A stretch of DNA of 62,976 bases, counting the filler, from an uncultured Synergistales bacterium (lineage in GTDB: Bacteria > Synergistota > Synergistia > Synergistales > Aminobacteriaceae): NCBI GenBank assembly GCA_937897575.1. It is 4 parts of 4 records of this genome, joined end to end, with 100 filler letters (N's around TTAATTAATTAA, not from the genome) between each part and the next. Parts side by side here need not be neighbours in the genome. Positions count along the whole stretch, not along the records: positions 30,409 to 44,665 come from CALCQG010000048.1; 3 more parts are not named here. One strand, 5' to 3'. The notes under the pieces were generated by a model that was given only the letters and a program-made list of their open reading frames with translations, ran no database searches and was not told the DNA's origin. The position numbers and the translations under genes are program-made. Positions 30,911-41,207 of the stretch are shown here, one piece after another; positions within the stretch are counted from its first letter, which is position 1; each line of letters starts with the position of its first letter.

Positions 30911-31905
30911 CCCTTTTTCAAGGCATCCCGGTATGCATAAAGGGGACGGGCATCGCCCTCCCCGAGAGGATCATGACCAACGACGACCTGTCCAGGATGG
31001 TGGAAACGAACGACCAGTGGATCAGGGAGAGGACTGGCATCGCGGAGCGGCGCATCGCATCGCCCGACGAGCGCACCTCCGTCTTCGCCGAACGGGCGGC
31101 CAGGTCCGCCCTTCACGACGCCGGCATGACGCCCGACGACGTGGACATGATCATCGTGGCCACCAACAGCCCCGACATGCTCTTTCCCGGAGTCGCACCG
31201 ACGATACAGGGCGCGCTCGGCGCGACGAGAGCGGGCGCCTTCGACCTCCAGTCCGGCTGCACGGGTGGGGTCTATGCGCTGACCGTCGGTGTCAGCGGGA
31301 TATCCTGCGGGCTCTGGGAGAACGTCCTCGTCGTGGGCAGCGAGACCATATCGCGACTCGTGGACTGGACGGACAGGAACACCTGCGTTCTCTTCGGCGA
31401 CGGAGCGGGCGCCGTTGTCCTCAGCCGGAGCCGAGTGGGCGACGGACGTTTTCTCTCCGCCGAGCTCCGGTCCGACGGGACAAAGAGCGACTATCTGACC
31501 CTGCCCGCCGGGCTTGCCCTTCACCCTGCCTCCCACGAGACGGTGGACAAGAGAATGCACTATGTGACCATGAAGGGCAACGACGTGTTCAAATTCGTCA
31601 ACCGCGTCATCCCCGTCTTCCTCGAGGAGTACTGCGAGAGCTCGGGGCTTGTTCTGGACGACATCGACTGGTGGTTCTTCCATCAGGCAAACAGGAGAAT
31701 AATAGAGAGGACGGCCGCACGGCTCGGGATACCGATCGAAAAAGTGGTGATCAACATAGAGCACTACGGGAACACGTCGGCGGCGTCGCTTTTCATCGCG
31801 CTGAACGAATTCCTCGAAGAGAAGAGGCTGCAGAAAGCGCAGAAAGTGCTTTTCACCGCTTTCGGAGCAGGGATGACATACGGAGGGATTATCTATGAAG
31901 CCTGA
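30907..31905 (+). CDS. fabH: 3-oxoacyl-ACP synthase III
   Basis: WIRERTGI, SGCTG, FGDGAGA, HQAN, YGNTSAAS. Confidence 0.96.
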   Translation: MTLFQGIPVCIKGTGIALPERIMTNDDLSRMVETNDQWIRERTGIAERRIASPDERTSVFAERAARSALHDAGMTPDDVDMIIVATNSPDMLFPGVAPTIQGALGATRAGAFDLQSGCTGGVYALTVGVSGISCGLWENVLVVGSETISRLVDWTDRNTCVLFGDGAGAVVLSRSRVGDGRFLSAELRSDGTKSDYLTLPAGLALHPASHETVDKRMHYVTMKGNDVFKFVNRVIPVFLEEYCESSGLVLDDIDWWFFHQANRRIIERTAARLGIPIEKVVINIEHYGNTSAASLFIALNEFLEEKRLQKAQKVLFTAFGAGMTYGGIIYEA

Positions 31906-32887
31906 TATTCATGGAACATACGAGAAGAACAGGGTCGCCCGTCTCCTTGGGCGGCCGTATCCCCTTGTCCAGGGCGGCATGGCGTGGGTGGCGAATGCCG
32001 CACTTGCGGCGGCCGTCAGCAACGGAGGCGGCCTCGGGCTCATCGCAGCGTCCAATATGCCGCCGGATCTTCTGGAGAAGGAGCTCCTCTCCATACGGAC
32101 GTTGACGGACAAACCCTACGGCCTCAACATCATGCTCATGTCGCCCACCGTGGACGACGCCATCGCGCTGGCCGAAAAATACCGGGTCCCCATCGTCACC
32201 ACCGGGGCGGGGAGCCCGGGAAAGGTGATCGACCGGCTGAAACCCATGGGAACCGTCGTTATCCCGGTCATCGCCTCCGTCGCCCACGCCCGCCGCGTGG
32301 AAAAGCAGGGGGCCGACGCCGTTGTCGCCGAGGGGATGGAGGCCGGCGGACACATTGGGGAGCTCACCACCATGGCCCTGGTCCCGCAGGTTGTCGACTC
32401 GGTGAACATTCCCGTCATCGCCGCCGGGGGCATTGCGGACGGACGCGGCATCGTGGCCGCCTTCGCCCTCGGGGCCGAAGGCGTGCAGGTGGGGACCAGG
32501 TTCATCTGCTGCACGGAGTGCACCGTGCACCCGGACTACAAGAGGGCGGTCCTCGACGCGCGGGACAGGAGCAACACGGTGACAGGGCGCGTCACGGGCC
32601 ATCCGGTCCGTTGTCTCAAGAACAAACTGACGGCGCAGTTCGATGAGCTTGACAAGACGCACGCTCCTCTCGACGCCTACGAAAGACTCGGCGCGGGGCG
32701 ACTTAGGGCCGCCGTCGTGGACGGGGACGTGGAGAACGGCTCCGTCATGGCCGGTCAGATCGCCGGTCTGGTGAACGACATTCGCGATGCGGCGGACATC
32801 ATACGGGAGATGTTTTCCCAGGCCGAAAGGATCGCCGCCGCGATGGCGGAACGATCCTTCCCCCGTCCGTCCGCCGCTGTGAAGTGA
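31895..32887 (+). CDS. fabK: Enoyl-ACP reductase FabK
   Basis: QGGMAWVA, EGMEAGGHIG, AAGGIADGRG, MAGQIAG. Confidence 0.93.
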   Translation: MKPDIHGTYEKNRVARLLGRPYPLVQGGMAWVANAALAAAVSNGGGLGLIAASNMPPDLLEKELLSIRTLTDKPYGLNIMLMSPTVDDAIALAEKYRVPIVTTGAGSPGKVIDRLKPMGTVVIPVIASVAHARRVEKQGADAVVAEGMEAGGHIGELTTMALVPQVVDSVNIPVIAAGGIADGRGIVAAFALGAEGVQVGTRFICCTECTVHPDYKRAVLDARDRSNTVTGRVTGHPVRCLKNKLTAQFDELDKTHAPLDAYERLGAGRLRAAVVDGDVENGSVMAGQIAGLVNDIRDAADIIREMFSQAERIAAAMAERSFPRPSAAVK

Positions 32888-32897
32888 GGTGACGGGG

Positions 32898-33845
32898 ATG
32901 TCCTACGCGATGATCTACCCCGGTCAGGGCTCGCAGGTCGTCGGCATGGGGCGGGATATCTTCGACGCCTTTGCCGTCGCGCGCGACGTCTTCTTCCGGG
33001 CCGACGAAGCCCTGGGGTTTGCGCTGTCGAAGGTGATCTTCGAGGGGCCGGAAGAGGAGCTGAAACGCACCGCCATCACCCAGCCGGCCCTCCTGACGAC
33101 CAGCATAGCGCTTCAGACCGCCCTCGAGGAGGTTCTCGGCGCGCCTCCCGCTCCTGCGTACCTTGCCGGGCACAGCCTCGGAGAGTATACTGCTCTCGTC
33201 GCCGGAGGAGCCCTCTCCTTCGAGGACGGCGTCCGTCTCGTCCATCTCAGGGGGACGCTTATGCAGGAGGCCGTCCCCGAGGGGGAAGGAGCCATGGCGG
33301 CCATACTTGGGCTCGACGGTGAGACCGTGGCCAGAGTCTGCGAAGAAGCGGCGCCGGCAGGGGAGTGTCAGCCGGCCAACTTCAACTGCCCGGGGCAGGT
33401 GGTCATCTCCGGCAAAACGGACTTCGTCGAGTCGGCAATGGCGCTGGCCAAGGAGCGGGGGGCGAAAAGAGCCGTGCCGCTCAACGTGAGCGCCCCGTTC
33501 CACAGCAGCCTGATGCGCCCCGTGGCGGACAAGCTTCTCGCCGCCTTTGACCGGTGCACATGGTCGGCCCCTGCGGTTCCCGTGGTCTCGAACGCATGGG
33601 CGCGGCCCGTTTCGGAGGTTCAGGAGATACAAAGAGCTCTTTTCGATCAGACCTTCATGCCCGTCCTCTGGGACGACTCCGTCAACGTCATGGCGGACCG
33701 AGGCGTGGACACCTTTTTTGAGGTAGGGCCCGGGACCGTCCTCAGCGGACTCGTGCGGAAATGCCGCAAAGGGCTTCTTGTGCAGGCCTGCGGCACGCAC
33801 GACGAGGTCGTGGCCCTTGCAGACCGCCTGAAGGAGATGATGTAA
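32898..33845 (+). CDS. fabD: Malonyl-CoA:ACP transacylase
   Basis: PGQGSQ, GHSLGEY, VSAPFHS. Confidence 0.96.
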   Translation: MSYAMIYPGQGSQVVGMGRDIFDAFAVARDVFFRADEALGFALSKVIFEGPEEELKRTAITQPALLTTSIALQTALEEVLGAPPAPAYLAGHSLGEYTALVAGGALSFEDGVRLVHLRGTLMQEAVPEGEGAMAAILGLDGETVARVCEEAAPAGECQPANFNCPGQVVISGKTDFVESAMALAKERGAKRAVPLNVSAPFHSSLMRPVADKLLAAFDRCTWSAPAVPVVSNAWARPVSEVQEIQRALFDQTFMPVLWDDSVNVMADRGVDTFFEVGPGTVLSGLVRKCRKGLLVQACGTHDEVVALADRLKEMM

Positions 33846-34589
33846 ATGACGGAGCCTCGCATTGCCCTCGTCACCGGGGGCGGAAAAGGCATTGGCAGAA
33901 GCGTCGCCCTGCATCTGGCCGAACGGGGGTACACCATCGTCGTCAATTACAATCGGAGCGCCGACGCCGCGCAGGAGACCTGCAGCGCCATCACGGCCGC
34001 AGGGGGAAGAGCCGGGGCCATCCAGGGCGACGTGTCGAATCCGTCGGACGTCCAGCGGATCTTTTCCGAGGCTGACCGCTCCTTCGGACCCGTCACGGTC
34101 CTGGTCAACAACGCGGGCGTGACCCGGGACGGGCTGCTCATGCGCATGAAGGAGCAGGACTGGCACGCCGTTCTGACGGCCAACCTCGACTCCGTGTACT
34201 ACTGCACGAAAGAGGCCCTCCGCGGCATGGTCCGGGCCAAATGGGGGCGCATCATCAGCGTCGCGTCCGTGGTGGCCCTGATCGGAAACCCCGGACAGGC
34301 GAACTACTGTGCGTCCAAAGCGGGGATCATCGGCTTCACCAAGTCCGTCGCGCGGGAGTACGCCGCGAAGGGCATCACCGCCAATGCGGTGGCGCCCGGC
34401 TTCATCGAGACGGACATGACGGAGGCGCTCTCCGCCGACGCGCGGATGGCGCTCATGACACAGGTTCCGGCGGGAAGAGCCGGTCGGCCGGAGGATGTGG
34501 CCGCCCTCGTCTCCTATCTCGCTTCGGATGAGGCATCGTACATAACGGGACAGGTCATCGCCGTCGATGGCGGAATGACCATGTGCTAA
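33846..34589 (+). CDS. fabG: 3-oxoacyl-ACP reductase
   Basis: TGGGKGIG, NNAGVTRD, NYCASK, VAPGFIETDMT. Confidence 0.96.
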   Translation: MTEPRIALVTGGGKGIGRSVALHLAERGYTIVVNYNRSADAAQETCSAITAAGGRAGAIQGDVSNPSDVQRIFSEADRSFGPVTVLVNNAGVTRDGLLMRMKEQDWHAVLTANLDSVYYCTKEALRGMVRAKWGRIISVASVVALIGNPGQANYCASKAGIIGFTKSVAREYAAKGITANAVAPGFIETDMTEALSADARMALMTQVPAGRAGRPEDVAALVSYLASDEASYITGQVIAVDGGMTMC

Positions 34590-34613
34590 CGGGAAAGGAA
34601 GGGGGTGAAACGG

Positions 34614-34865
34614 ATGAGGAAAGAGGAACTGCTCACTCGGTTGAAGGAGCTCATTGTCGACAGGCTGGACGTTGAAGAGGACCAGATAGTCCCTGAAGCA
34701 TCCTTCGTCGACGATCTCGGGGCGGACTCTCTCGATATCGTGGAGCTTATCATGGGGATCGAGGAAGAGTTCGACATCGAGATCCCGGACGAAGATGCGG
34801 AAAAACTCACCACGGTGGGGGAAGCTCTCAACTACACGCTGAGCAAACTCGGGGCGGACGAATAA
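34614..34865 (+). CDS. acpP: Acyl carrier protein
   Basis: [12 protein letters not shown]. Confidence 0.97.
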   Translation: MRKEELLTRLKELIVDRLDVEEDQIVPEASFVDDLGADSLDIVELIMGIEEEFDIEIPDEDAEKLTTVGEALNYTLSKLGADE

Positions 34866-34884
34866 GAGCCTCATAGAACGGGTC

Positions 34885-34920
34885 GGGTGCGAGGGGACGG
34901 CTTTCCGCCCCCTCGCACCC
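34885..34920 (+). terminator. Hairpin after acpP (no U-tract; likely mRNA stabiliser)
   Basis: GGGTGCGAGGGG...CCCCTCGCACCC inverted repeat. Confidence 0.55.
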
Positions 34921-34982
34921 TCCCGGCAAGAAGAACAGGACGGGGGCTCATCCTCGTACTCTGCAGCAGAGGAGTGAGGCTT

Positions 34983-36221
34983 TTGAGAAGGGTTGTCGTG
35001 ACAGGCCTGGGAGCGGTCAGCCCCATAGGCATCGGGAAGACGGAGTACTGGAATGCGCTGAAAGAGGGAAAAAACGGCGTCGCGACGTTGACCACCGTCG
35101 ACTTGGGCGATTGCCCCGTTCGGTTCGGTGCGGAGATACGGGATTTCGACCCGACGCGATGGATGGACAATAAAGAGGCGAAGCGGTCGGACAGGGTCAT
35201 TCATTTTGCCGTCGCCGCAGCCGATCTCGCCGTCGAGGACGCTCGCCTCGACACGGCCAGCCTGGATCCCCACAGGATCGGCGTGTACATTGGAAGCGGC
35301 CAGGGCGGGATCGGGACCACCTTCAGCAGTTTCAAGACCATGATGGAAAAGGGATCCCGCCGGGTCAGCCCCTTCTTCATCCCCATGATGATCAGCAACA
35401 TGTCCACGGCCTACGTCGCCATAAAACACCATGCGCAGGGGCCGAACCTGTGCGTGATCACCGCCTGCGCCACATCGATCCACAGCATGGGGGAAGCCTA
35501 CCACACCATCGTCCGGGACGACGCGGACATCATCCTCGCGGGAGGCACGGAGGCAGCGCTCCAGAGCATAAGCATCGCTGGATTTGCGGCCATGAAGGCC
35601 GTCTCGACCCGGAACGAGGAGCCGGAAAGGGCATCCCGCCCCTTCGACAGGGATCGCGACGGGTTCGTCATGGGCGAGGGAGCGGGCGTCCTGGTTCTCG
35701 AGGAGCTGGAGCACGCCAGAAAACGCGGTGCCTCTATCTACGCGGAGCTGGTCGGGTACGGGACCACATGCGACGCCAGCCATATCACGGCTCCCGATCC
35801 GACGGGGGAGGGTGCCGTCCGGGCCATGCGGAACGCCATGACCATGGCGAAGTGGCAGCCCGAGGACGTGGACTACATCAACGCCCACGGCACGTCCACG
35901 GCGTTAAACGACAAGATGGAGGCCCTTGCCATCCGGACTCTTCTCGGGGACAGCGCGGACAGATGCTACGTCAACTCCACGAAGTCCATGATTGGCCACT
36001 GCCTGGGAGCCGCCGGAGCCCTCGAGACCGTGGCGGCCCTTCAGTCCATCGAAGAGGGCATACTGCACCCCACCATCAACCTCGAGAACCTCGACCCCGA
36101 GTGCCCAATCAACGTCGTGCAGGAGAAGGCCGTCGAAGCCCCCGTCTCGAGGCTGCTGGTCAACAATTTCGGATTTGGGGGACATAACGGCGTCCTCGCC
36201 TTTCAGCGTTTCACGGAATAA
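34983..36221 (+). CDS. fabF: 3-oxoacyl-ACP synthase II
   Basis: RRVVVTGLG, TACAT, NAHGTST, KSMIGHCLGAAG, NFGFGG; TTG start. Confidence 0.96.
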   Translation: MRRVVVTGLGAVSPIGIGKTEYWNALKEGKNGVATLTTVDLGDCPVRFGAEIRDFDPTRWMDNKEAKRSDRVIHFAVAAADLAVEDARLDTASLDPHRIGVYIGSGQGGIGTTFSSFKTMMEKGSRRVSPFFIPMMISNMSTAYVAIKHHAQGPNLCVITACATSIHSMGEAYHTIVRDDADIILAGGTEAALQSISIAGFAAMKAVSTRNEEPERASRPFDRDRDGFVMGEGAGVLVLEELEHARKRGASIYAELVGYGTTCDASHITAPDPTGEGAVRAMRNAMTMAKWQPEDVDYINAHGTSTALNDKMEALAIRTLLGDSADRCYVNSTKSMIGHCLGAAGALETVAALQSIEEGILHPTINLENLDPECPINVVQEKAVEAPVSRLLVNNFGFGGHNGVLAFQRFTE

Positions 36222-36943
36222 TGCTCTGCCGGTCGCCTGAACGGGAGCGGTGGTTTTCCGACGGAAGGAACCAGCTCCAGAGAAGGCTGGAGTACACCTT
36301 CCGCGATGAGGCTCTTCTCCTGACGGCGCTCACCCACTCGTCCTACGCCTATGAATCGGGCGCACGCGCGGACAACGAACGGCTCGAGTTCCTCGGGGAC
36401 GCCGTGCTCGAGTTGGCGGCGTCGCACATCCTGTACCTCCGGCACGATACGGCGGAGGAGGGGGAACTCTCCCGCCTCAGAGCCCTCCTCGTCTGTGAGG
36501 AGGCTCTTTTGTCCTGGGCGCGGGCGATCGGGCTCTGCCCGCTCATCCGGACGGGCAGAGGCCTGTCTCCGGAGGAGTCCGACGGAGCACTGTGCGCCGA
36601 TGGCGCCGAGGCACTCATTGGAGCCATCTTCCTCGACGGCGGATACGACGGCGCGCTCTCAGTCCTTCGCCGGTACGTTCAGTTCCAGATGGACAGAATG
36701 CCGGAACACGAGGGCTATGATCCGAAATCGGCCCTGCAGGCGCTGGTTCAGCAGAGGGGGCTCGGTCTGCCCGTCTATGAAGTGTCGAACGTTCTGGGAC
36801 CCGATCATGCCCCGACGTTCGAGGTCCGGGTCACCGTCGGCGATATCGTGGCCGGGAAGGGAAACGGCCCTTCGAAGAAATCCGCCGAGTTCCAGGCGGC
36901 GAAGGACGCCATATCCCGCCTCGTCGCCGGAGAGGGGGGGTAG
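36221..36943 (+). CDS. rnc: Ribonuclease III
   Basis: NERLEFLGDAVL signature plus a dsRBD (GPDHAPTF..SKKSAE). Confidence 0.96.
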   Translation: MLCRSPERERWFSDGRNQLQRRLEYTFRDEALLLTALTHSSYAYESGARADNERLEFLGDAVLELAASHILYLRHDTAEEGELSRLRALLVCEEALLSWARAIGLCPLIRTGRGLSPEESDGALCADGAEALIGAIFLDGGYDGALSVLRRYVQFQMDRMPEHEGYDPKSALQALVQQRGLGLPVYEVSNVLGPDHAPTFEVRVTVGDIVAGKGNGPSKKSAEFQAAKDAISRLVAGEGG

Positions 36944-36958
36944 GCCCTGTCTTTCTTC

Positions 36959-37810
36959 GTGCGACGACGCGCCCTCCGCCTTCTCGCCCTGCTCCTGTTC
37001 GCTTTTCTTCTCGTCCTTCCGTCCCCGTCCCGCCTTCAGGCCTGGGAGGTGGTGGTCACCTCGCCCTGGCTCGCGACGATCACCTCGTTCATCGGGGGCG
37101 TGTACGTCACCGTCAACCCTCTGTACGTCTGGGACTCGAACGGTTCCGTCGTTCGGAAAACGCGCGTCGCATCCATCCCCAAGGACAGGAGAATGATCGC
37201 CCTCGACGCCGATGAAGCCCAACGCCTCGGCCTCAACGCCGCGGGGCGGACGAACCTGATCCTCCTGTACCGCCAGGTTCCCCTCGACGTGTCGGACTCG
37301 GTCTCCCTCTTCTCGGACCCGTCCGTGCTGCCCTTCATCTCGCAGCGGATCCTTACCGCCCTTTCGGAGTTCGACCCTGCGAACTACCCCTACTATCAAC
37401 GCCGCCTCTCGGAATTTCAGACCCGCCTCGACAGCACTATCCTCGTGGGGCGGCAACTCCTGAAAGGCTATCCCGTCCTCGACCTCACGGGTGAGTTCTC
37501 GGACATGCTCCTGGCGGCGGGTTGCGACCTCTCCATGAGGGACAACAGGCTTCTGAACGCCTGGGCGAAGGGCGAGGACACGAACGGCCTTCTCGCCGCC
37601 GTCAAAAACGCCGTCCAGAAAAAAATCCCCGTCGTCCTGGACACCATGACGGCAAAGAAGATCCGCGACGCCCTGAGAAATGAAAAGGACGTCCTGGCCA
37701 TCGGGCGTCCCGCCGAAGGCCAGGACCTGCTGCTCTTCTTCCACGACCAGTATCTTGCTCTCTGGAACAAACTCGCTCCGCTCCGGGAAGCCAGGCAGGG
37801 AAAGAACTGA
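36959..37810 (+). CDS. Exported ZnuA/TroA-like protein lacking obvious metal-binding His motifs
   Basis: Signal peptide; VVVTSPWLATITSFIGG and LSEFDPANYPYYQ resemble cluster A-I binding proteins. Confidence 0.55.
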   Translation: MRRRALRLLALLLFAFLLVLPSPSRLQAWEVVVTSPWLATITSFIGGVYVTVNPLYVWDSNGSVVRKTRVASIPKDRRMIALDADEAQRLGLNAAGRTNLILLYRQVPLDVSDSVSLFSDPSVLPFISQRILTALSEFDPANYPYYQRRLSEFQTRLDSTILVGRQLLKGYPVLDLTGEFSDMLLAAGCDLSMRDNRLLNAWAKGEDTNGLLAAVKNAVQKKIPVVLDTMTAKKIRDALRNEKDVLAIGRPAEGQDLLLFFHDQYLALWNKLAPLREARQGKN

Positions 37811-37834
37811 TAACGCTCCGTCAGGCGTCTCGTG

Positions 37835-39007
37835 TCATGTTCTTCTCAGAAAGGGAAGGACGGACAAAAAGAGCACTCCGCTCAGCAGGTAGTAGGGGAG
37901 GGCGTTCTGCAGCACATCGAGCAGAATACCGATGACCACGGGACCGACGGCCATCCCGAGGCTGAAGGCCATGTTGAACAGCCCCATGATCCTTCCGGAA
38001 CCGTAGGTGAGGCTCCTGCACGACGAGATGGCCGCCAGGGAGGGCGAGGCGAGGGCGTGCCCCGTCCCGAAGGCGATGCTCGCCACGACGAGTCCCCACA
38101 GCGTGTCGATGTGCGGGAGGAGCAGGAGCGTCCCCGCCGAAACGCACCCTCCCGCGACCACGAGGGCGTGGCGCGATACCCTGTCGGCCAGCCGGCCTGA
38201 AAAACCCTGCAGGACCCCCGTGGCGAGGGCGTTCAGCGAGACGATGAAGCCGACCCAGGAGAGGGAGAAGCGGAGGTCCGTCGCGATGAGCGGGATCACC
38301 ATGACGAGCACGCCGCGGCACATGGCCGAGCAAAACTGAAAGAGAAAGACGATCACCATCTCGCGGTCGCGCAGTATGCCCGCCAGGGCCTCCTTCATTC
38401 CCGACACGGCGACAACGGCCCTCAGGGGGCGGCTCGCGGGAAGGAAGCGGAGAATGAGGCCCATGGAGAGCACGGTCAGCAGGGTCATCGCAAAAAAAGG
38501 GGCCATGAAGTGCACCTTCTCGGCAAGGACTCCGCTGAGAAGAGGGCCGAAGCCCATCCCCACGAAGAGAGCCCCCTGCAGCGAGCCCAAAACGGCCCCC
38601 TCGCTTCCGATCGGAGCGATGTCCGAGCCGATGGCCATGGCGATGGGGACCACCATTGCGGACCCGAGACCGTGCCCCATCCGGACGAGGATGAGCTCGC
38701 CCGTGGAACCGATCATCGTGTAGGCTATGGACGCCAAGGCATAGATGAAGAGCCCCGAGACGAGCAGACGTTTTCTGTCCATGTGCTCGGCAAGTTCACC
38801 CGAGACGGCCATCCCCCATATCCGCGAAAAGGAGAACGCGCCGACGATCGCCCCGAGGGCCAACCCGTTGGCCCCCATTTTCTGGGCGTAGATGGGGAGG
38901 ATGGGTGAGATGACCCCGATGCCGAGCATGGCACAGAAGAGGGAGAGGCCGAGGACCATCAGGACGGAGTACTGACGTTCGCTCCCGATGTTCATGACCC
39001 GCACCAC
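37835..39007 (-). CDS. MFS transporter
   Basis: About 12 TM segments, GELAEHMDRK and GRLADRVSRH loop motifs. Confidence 0.9.
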   Translation of the reverse strand: MVRVMNIGSERQYSVLMVLGLSLFCAMLGIGVISPILPIYAQKMGANGLALGAIVGAFSFSRIWGMAVSGELAEHMDRKRLLVSGLFIYALASIAYTMIGSTGELILVRMGHGLGSAMVVPIAMAIGSDIAPIGSEGAVLGSLQGALFVGMGFGPLLSGVLAEKVHFMAPFFAMTLLTVLSMGLILRFLPASRPLRAVVAVSGMKEALAGILRDREMVIVFLFQFCSAMCRGVLVMVIPLIATDLRFSLSWVGFIVSLNALATGVLQGFSGRLADRVSRHALVVAGGCVSAGTLLLLPHIDTLWGLVVASIAFGTGHALASPSLAAISSCRSLTYGSGRIMGLFNMAFSLGMAVGPVVIGILLDVLQNALPYYLLSGVLFLSVLPFLRRT

Positions 39008-39052
39008 CCGGCCTCGTTCCCCATGGGCACGGGACGGCCTTCCCAGCGGAAG

Positions 39053-40099
39053 CTAGAGGGAGTCTGCGGCTTCAATCCGTCCCTCTCCTGCAGTGAAGCG
39101 TCCGATGACCTGCGCACGCTCGAAGCCCATCGAACGGAGACGGGCAACCATCCTGTCGGCATGGCGCTCCTGAACGGAAAGGAGGAGGCCTCCGGAGGTC
39201 TGGGCATCGAAGAGCAGATCCGTATGAGTGTCGGCATAGCGGTCCAGGCCCTTCACTCTGTCGGCGTAGGCGATGCGGTTGTTGTACGTTCCCGCCGGGA
39301 TGAGGCCGCTCTCGGCGAGATCGACTACACCGCGGAGCAGCGGGACGTTCCGGACATCCAGAACGAGGTCCAGCACCCCCGCTGAAAGCATGTCGAGGGT
39401 GTGTCCGACGAGGCCGAATCCGGTGACATCCGTGCAGCTGTGCACGAGACCCATCTCCTCTTCGTCCAGGTGCCCAGGGACATCGTTGAGCGTGGTCATC
39501 CACCGCACGGCCTCCCGCTCCGACTCCCTATCCTCCACCATATCCGCCTTTATGGCCGTCGCGATCACCCCCGTCCCCAGAGGTTTCGTCAAAATCAGCA
39601 GATCACCCGCCCTTGCCCCCGTGACCTGCCAGAGGGCGCTTCTTCGCCCCTCACCGTACACGACGAGGCCGTACTTGGGCTCGTCGTCCTGCACACTGTG
39701 CCCGCCAAGGAGAAACGCTCCGGCCTCCTGCACCTTCCTGAGCCCTCCCTCGAGGACCTCCTGAAGCACGGACAGGTCCAGGGTCTTCGTGGGAAACCCC
39801 ACGACGTTCAAGGCCACAAAAGGCCGGCCCCCCATGGCGAAGACATCGCTCAGGGAGTTGGCGGCCGCGATCTCGCCCCAGGTTCCGGGGGCGTCGACCA
39901 CGGGTGTTATGAAGTCCACCGTGAGGATACCAACCCGTTCGCTGTCCAGGGTCCAGATGGCGGCATCCTCGCCCGAGGCCCAATTGCACAGTATCCTCTC
40001 ATGCTGCGCCGTGGGAAGATTCTTCAGTATGTTCGAAAGGTCCGCCGGACCTATCTTGGCCGCTCACCCACTCGTCTTGGCCAGAGTGCTCAGACGCAC
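39053..40099 (-). CDS. selD: Selenide, water dikinase (selenoprotein, Sec at codon 12)
   Basis: GTG-RLSTLAKTSG-TGA-AAKIGP continues in frame into DFITPVVD, NSLSDVFAMGG, TDVTGFGL, DAQTSGGLL. Confidence 0.96.
40038..40066 (-). promoter_or_regulatory. UGA(Sec) codon and bacterial SECIS hairpin
   Basis: TGA + 11 nt (GCGGCCAAGAT) + AGGTCC-GGC-GGACCT stem-loop. Confidence 0.85.
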
Positions 40100-40103
40100 G
40101 ACC

Positions 40104-41123
40104 TCACTCCCTTTCTCCGTCCTGCTCCGTTGTTGCCGCCGGCGTGGCGTGCACCACATCGGCGGCGTAGAAAGCGCGCCGCTCGTCTCCCAGCGCGAGG
40201 ACCAGTTCACCGGACGACCCGATCTCCACAGCCGTCCCGCGGAAGATTTCGCCGTCGGTATGCACCGTGACCAGCCGTCCCAGGGTATCGCATGCCAACC
40301 GGTACCGCGACAGGACGGCCGCCGCGTTCGTGACCAACTCCGCCACGTATCCCGCGAAGAGCGGGAGGATCGCCGCCACGAGGGCACCCCGGTCCACCTC
40401 GTCGACGGAGGCGGCCAGATAGGCCGCGTTCTCGAGCCCCTCACGGGCGATTTTCGCCTCGGGAGGGGCGATGTTGAGCCCTATTCCCGTGCAGCAGTCC
40501 CGTATCACCTCCGAATCGCTGGAGGCCTCGGAGAGGATGCCGCAGATCTTTTTTCCCCTCAGGAGAAGGTCGTTCGGCCACTTCAGCGACAGAGCGACGC
40601 CGAGGCTGCGCTCCACACCCTCCATGACGGCGAGGCCGGCGGCCAGATTGACGAGCTGGAGCGCCCCGGGGTAGAGCTTCGGCCTGAAGTAGACCGAAAA
40701 ATACAGCCCCGTCCCTTTGGGCGAGACCCAGGACCTGTCCCGCCGCCCTCTGCCCCTCGTCTGCTCCTCGGCGATGACCACCAGGCCGTCGGTTTCGCCG
40801 CTTCGCCCAAGTCGTTTCGCCTCCTCCTGGGTGGAGGGGAGCGAATCATGGACGGCGATGTCTCCTCCCCAGGGGCAGTCCCGGAGCAACCGGGCGCCCA
40901 GATGGGAGGGCGCGAGGTCGTAGAGGGGGGCGGACAGCAGCCGATACCCCTTCTGCGGAAGGGTCTCGATCGCGAACCCTTCGTCCACAAGTTCCTGCAC
41001 GATGCGCCACACACTCTGTCTCGAGATGGACAGGGCGCCGGCAATGAACTCCCCGGACAGCACAGCCTCCGGGGATTCCATGAAAAGGCGGCTCATCGCT
41101 ATTTTGAGCGGGCGGGTCTTCAT
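40104..41123 (-). CDS. birA: Bifunctional biotin ligase/repressor
   Basis: N-terminal HTH (SGEFIAGALSISRQSVWR), QTRGRGRRDRSW, KWPNDL, KICGIL. Confidence 0.95.
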   Translation of the reverse strand: MKTRPLKIAMSRLFMESPEAVLSGEFIAGALSISRQSVWRIVQELVDEGFAIETLPQKGYRLLSAPLYDLAPSHLGARLLRDCPWGGDIAVHDSLPSTQEEAKRLGRSGETDGLVVIAEEQTRGRGRRDRSWVSPKGTGLYFSVYFRPKLYPGALQLVNLAAGLAVMEGVERSLGVALSLKWPNDLLLRGKKICGILSEASSDSEVIRDCCTGIGLNIAPPEAKIAREGLENAAYLAASVDEVDRGALVAAILPLFAGYVAELVTNAAAVLSRYRLACDTLGRLVTVHTDGEIFRGTAVEIGSSGELVLALGDERRAFYAADVVHATPAATTEQDGERE

Positions 41124-41159
41124 CCAGGGGGCCTTCTTTCCTTCGCGTTCTGTACTAGA

Positions 41160-41168
41160 TGATATAAT
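41160..41168 (+). promoter_or_regulatory. Extended -10 element upstream of prfB
   Basis: TG-A-TATAAT about 40 nt before the ATG. Confidence 0.55.
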
Positions 41169-41207
41169 GAAAAGCCGTATGAAACAAATGCTTGGGAGGA
41201 ATCGAGA

